A stretch of 64,000 nt of DNA from an uncultured cyanobacterium (GTDB lineage Bacteria; Cyanobacteriota; Cyanobacteriia; Phormidesmidales; Phormidesmidaceae): contig CAWBZI010000004.1 in the NCBI GenBank assembly GCA_963793265.1, positions 544,001-608,000 of the forward strand, in the 5' to 3' direction. Positions 61,562-64,000 of the stretch are shown here, one piece after another. The position numbers and the translations under genes are program-made. Position 1 is the stretch's first letter; every line of letters begins with the position of its first letter. A model generated the notes under the pieces. It did not search any database, was not told the DNA's origin, and worked only from the letters and a program-made list of their open reading frames with translations.

Positions 61562-62191
61562 CTAGAGCAAGGTAGCAGGATCAAAAGTAGGGGGCAGCAA
61601 AACAGTGTCTACCACGTGAATGACGCCATTATCTGCGGCAATATCAGGCTGCACAACGTTCGCGGTACCATTTACCATCACGCCCGCAGGATCTACAGAC
61701 ACCTCGATATCTTCACCTTCAACCGTGCTGATCGCGCCCGGCTGAATTTCGTCAGAGGTTACCGCGCCAGCTACCACGTGGTAGGCCAAGATTTCCCTAA
61801 GTGCTTCCTGATTTTCAGGCTTAGCTAGCTTTTCAACGGTGCCTTCAGGCAAAGATGCAAAGGCATCATCTGTCGGTGCAAAAACCGTGTAAGGGCCTGG
61901 CTGCTCTAGGGTTTCCTCCAAGCCAACTGCCTGAACAGCCGCGACTAGCGTATTAAACGAACCATTGGCCTCTGCTACATCCACAATAGATTCGCTCTCG
62001 CCGGGTACACCAATCGCACCCGCTTCACCTTCAATCGCACCCGGCACATCGGCGGGCACTTCAGAGGTAATATCGGCATCAGGGGCGGTGGCTGTGTCGG
62101 TACCGCACGATACGGCAACGGGTAGAATCATCAGCGCAGCCGCGAGGCCGGTTAGCTTGTTGAAAGATGTGTTGAGGGCTGAAAAACGCAT
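61562..62191 (-). CDS. Fasciclin (FAS1) domain lipoprotein
   Basis: Lipobox AVSC; FNTLVAA, YTVFAPTDDAF, ILAYHVV, NGVIHVVDTVLLP. Confidence 0.93.
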   Translation of the reverse strand: MRFSALNTSFNKLTGLAAALMILPVAVSCGTDTATAPDADITSEVPADVPGAIEGEAGAIGVPGESESIVDVAEANGSFNTLVAAVQAVGLEETLEQPGPYTVFAPTDDAFASLPEGTVEKLAKPENQEALREILAYHVVAGAVTSDEIQPGAISTVEGEDIEVSVDPAGVMVNGTANVVQPDIAADNGVIHVVDTVLLPPTFDPATLL

Positions 62192-62396
62192 ATGTGTTTT
62201 GAAGTAACAACGTGTGTGAGGCCGCTAAACCCTTCTGAATTTATGAGCATTCAGGAGGCTTAGCTGCCAACGTTTTGCATTAAAGAAAGTAAACATTAGG
62301 GCTTTTCCTACGCCTTGGTTACAGTTTCGTAATATTGCCGAAAAGCCAGGACACAAGTGTGCTTATGAAGTTAGTTGAGATGATGAGGGTAAGAAT

Positions 62397-63084
62397 ATGC
62401 ACGTTTTATTTGTAGAAGATGAGCCGAAGATTGCGAGCTTTGTGCAGATTGGGCTGAAGGAGCATGGATTTGTGGTGGACTATTGCGACCATGGCGATCG
62501 CGCCTACGAAAAGGCCACCCTCAACGAATACGATGTCATCCTGCTCGACATTATGATGCCAGGCAAAGACGGCCTGTTTATTCTCAAGCACCTACGTCAG
62601 CTAGGCCACAACACGCCCGTCATTTTACTCACCGCCCGCAACGAGCTAGACGACCGCCTGCAAGGGCTTAATTTAGGGGCAGACGACTACATTGCCAAGC
62701 CATTTTTTCGTTGAGGAATTAGTGGCCAGAATGCAGGCCGTGGTGCGGCGCAGCGTCGGCGAACGGCAGAATTTGGTGACGGTAGGGCCGTTTAAGCTAG
62801 ATCGGATTACGCGGACGGTGACCTGCCATATGGATGATGAGCCGCAGGCGGTAGAGCTGACCACTCGGGAGTTTAACTTGTTGGAGTATTTGATGCGATC
62901 GCCCGGCAGAGTATTCACCCGCACCCAGATGCTAGAGCACGTATGGGGCTACGACTTTAACCCCAGCACCAACGTAGTAGACGTATGCATTCAGCGCCTT
63001 CGCAAAAAAATAGACATTAAAGGCCAAAGCCGCTGGATTGAAAGCGTACGCGGTGTAGGCTATCGCTTCCGCCAGGCAGAATAA
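62397..63084 (+). pseudogene. OmpR-family response regulator, frameshifted at a T6 run
   Basis: REC domain (VEDE, LLDIMMP, LTA, GADDYIAKPF) in one frame and winged helix (LTTREFNLL, VVDVCIQRLRKK, VRGVGY) in the +1 frame; removing one T at 62703-62708 joins them. Confidence 0.85.
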
Positions 63085-63246
63085 GAAAATATGTGTAGAA
63101 CGGTGATAGTTATTGACCTTTTAAGCTTGGGTCTATGAAGTAGATGCTAAAGCAACCGAAAAAGACTAAGAGCATAAGGTTTCTACCATGTAGCTATGCC
63201 TTAATTTCTAGTTTGTTGATGAGTATCACTAACTTGACCGAGTTGT

Positions 63247-63295
63247 CTGATTGCTTCGTGTAAAGAAGTCAGACTTCTTTACACGAAGCAATCAG
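63247..63295. repeat. 49-bp palindrome (perfect 24-bp arms, 1-nt centre)
   Basis: CTGATTGCTTCGTGTAAAGAAGTC-A-GACTTCTTTACACGAAGCAATCAG. Confidence 0.95.
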
Positions 63296-63408
63296 TTAGA
63301 CAGATTAACTAGAATAGATGTGTAAGTAGAGCTACAAACATCAAAGATAGGCAAGAGTTTTCTTGCCAAATCTACGCAAATATTCGACCCAAACGTTATG
63401 TGATGGAG

Positions 63409-64000
63409 CTGAAGGGGTGACACAACCTCTGTGAGTTATGCAGAAAGACGGTTTGGCAGGCTACAGGCAAAAAAAGATAGGCTAGTTTTGCGAACCAAAG
63501 CCTATCGAATAAATATGATACCTTCAGTTTACCAAACGGCTCTCAAAAGACAACTTAATGAATCCCAGTACCTATTGCTTTCGGTGCTAGTGAGACTGCT
63601 ACAGACTATCCGCGATGTCCGCATAGAGACGCTGGCAGAGGCGCTGCCCATGCCCATCCTGTTTGAGAGTCGGCGAAAAAAGTCCAACGGTTCCTTACGC
63701 TGGGTGTGCTCAACTTGAAAGGGCTGTGGTTTGGTGTACTCCAAGTGTTTCTAGAGCAGCAAATGACCCCAGGCTGTACCGTCTACGTGGCGATTGACCG
63801 GACGACTTGGCGTGAGATTAACTTACTGGTAGCCAGTATCATCTGGAAGGGGCGAGCGATTCCGTTGTACTGGCAGCGTTTAGAGACGCTCGGTAACAGT
63901 CACTATGACGAACAAACGGCTTTTCTATCCATCGCTCTACCGCTGCTCGCTGACTATCGGGTCGTGGTGCTGGGTGACCGCGAGTTTTGTTCAGTCGATT
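63409..64000 (+). mobile_element. Left part of a cyanobacterial IS4-family insertion sequence (truncated by the window end)
   Basis: Candidate left end CTGAAGGGGTGACA at 63409. Transposase from ATG 63515 (PILFESRRK), continuing in the -1 frame as VQRFL...VAIDRTTW...RAIPLYW...LGDREFCSV. Confidence 0.85.

Larger units (their letters stand above)
1169..62902. repeat. Dispersed HIP1 octamers (GCGATCGC)
   Basis: Roughly 70 or more copies by eye (not an exact count), e.g. 1169, 13487, 22279, 39431, 51799, 57961, 62494; about one per kb. Confidence 0.95.

Overview
Chromosomal segment of a cyanobacterium, inferred from dense HIP1 (GCGATCGC) sites, ndhD, crtW, Uma2 genes and a PEP-CTERM protein. The gene set suggests a Leptolyngbya/Phormidesmis/Synechococcus PCC 7335-like strain, but that is an impression only. 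Most of the window is housekeeping: tldD-pmbA, ndhD, thrB, thrS, crtW, ppx, queD-queE-queC with tRNA-Thr(CGT), rbp, purU, ribD, bioF, pyrD and gcvT-gcvH-gcvP. It also holds signalling genes, two MscS channels, a toxin-antitoxin pair and the left end of an IS4-family element at the right edge. No CRISPR array, rRNA or prophage was seen. Most notable: (1) base composition and synonymous codon usage flip at nearly every HIP1 site examined (G/T-rich 5' of the site, C/A-rich 3' of it), independent of gene strand, pointing to a HIP1-anchored strand-asymmetric DNA processing or mutation process; (2) two paralogous coiled-coil / Lys-Ala-rich / putative winged-helix proteins flank purU and look like an unnamed H-NS/Rok-type nucleoid protein family; (3) a 49-bp palindrome with perfect 24-bp arms lies next to the IS; (4) several single-base homopolymer frameshifts occur, one at an in-frame A_AAA_AAG motif in the transposase, and these may be assembly errors. 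All family assignments come from motif recognition by eye, without database searches.
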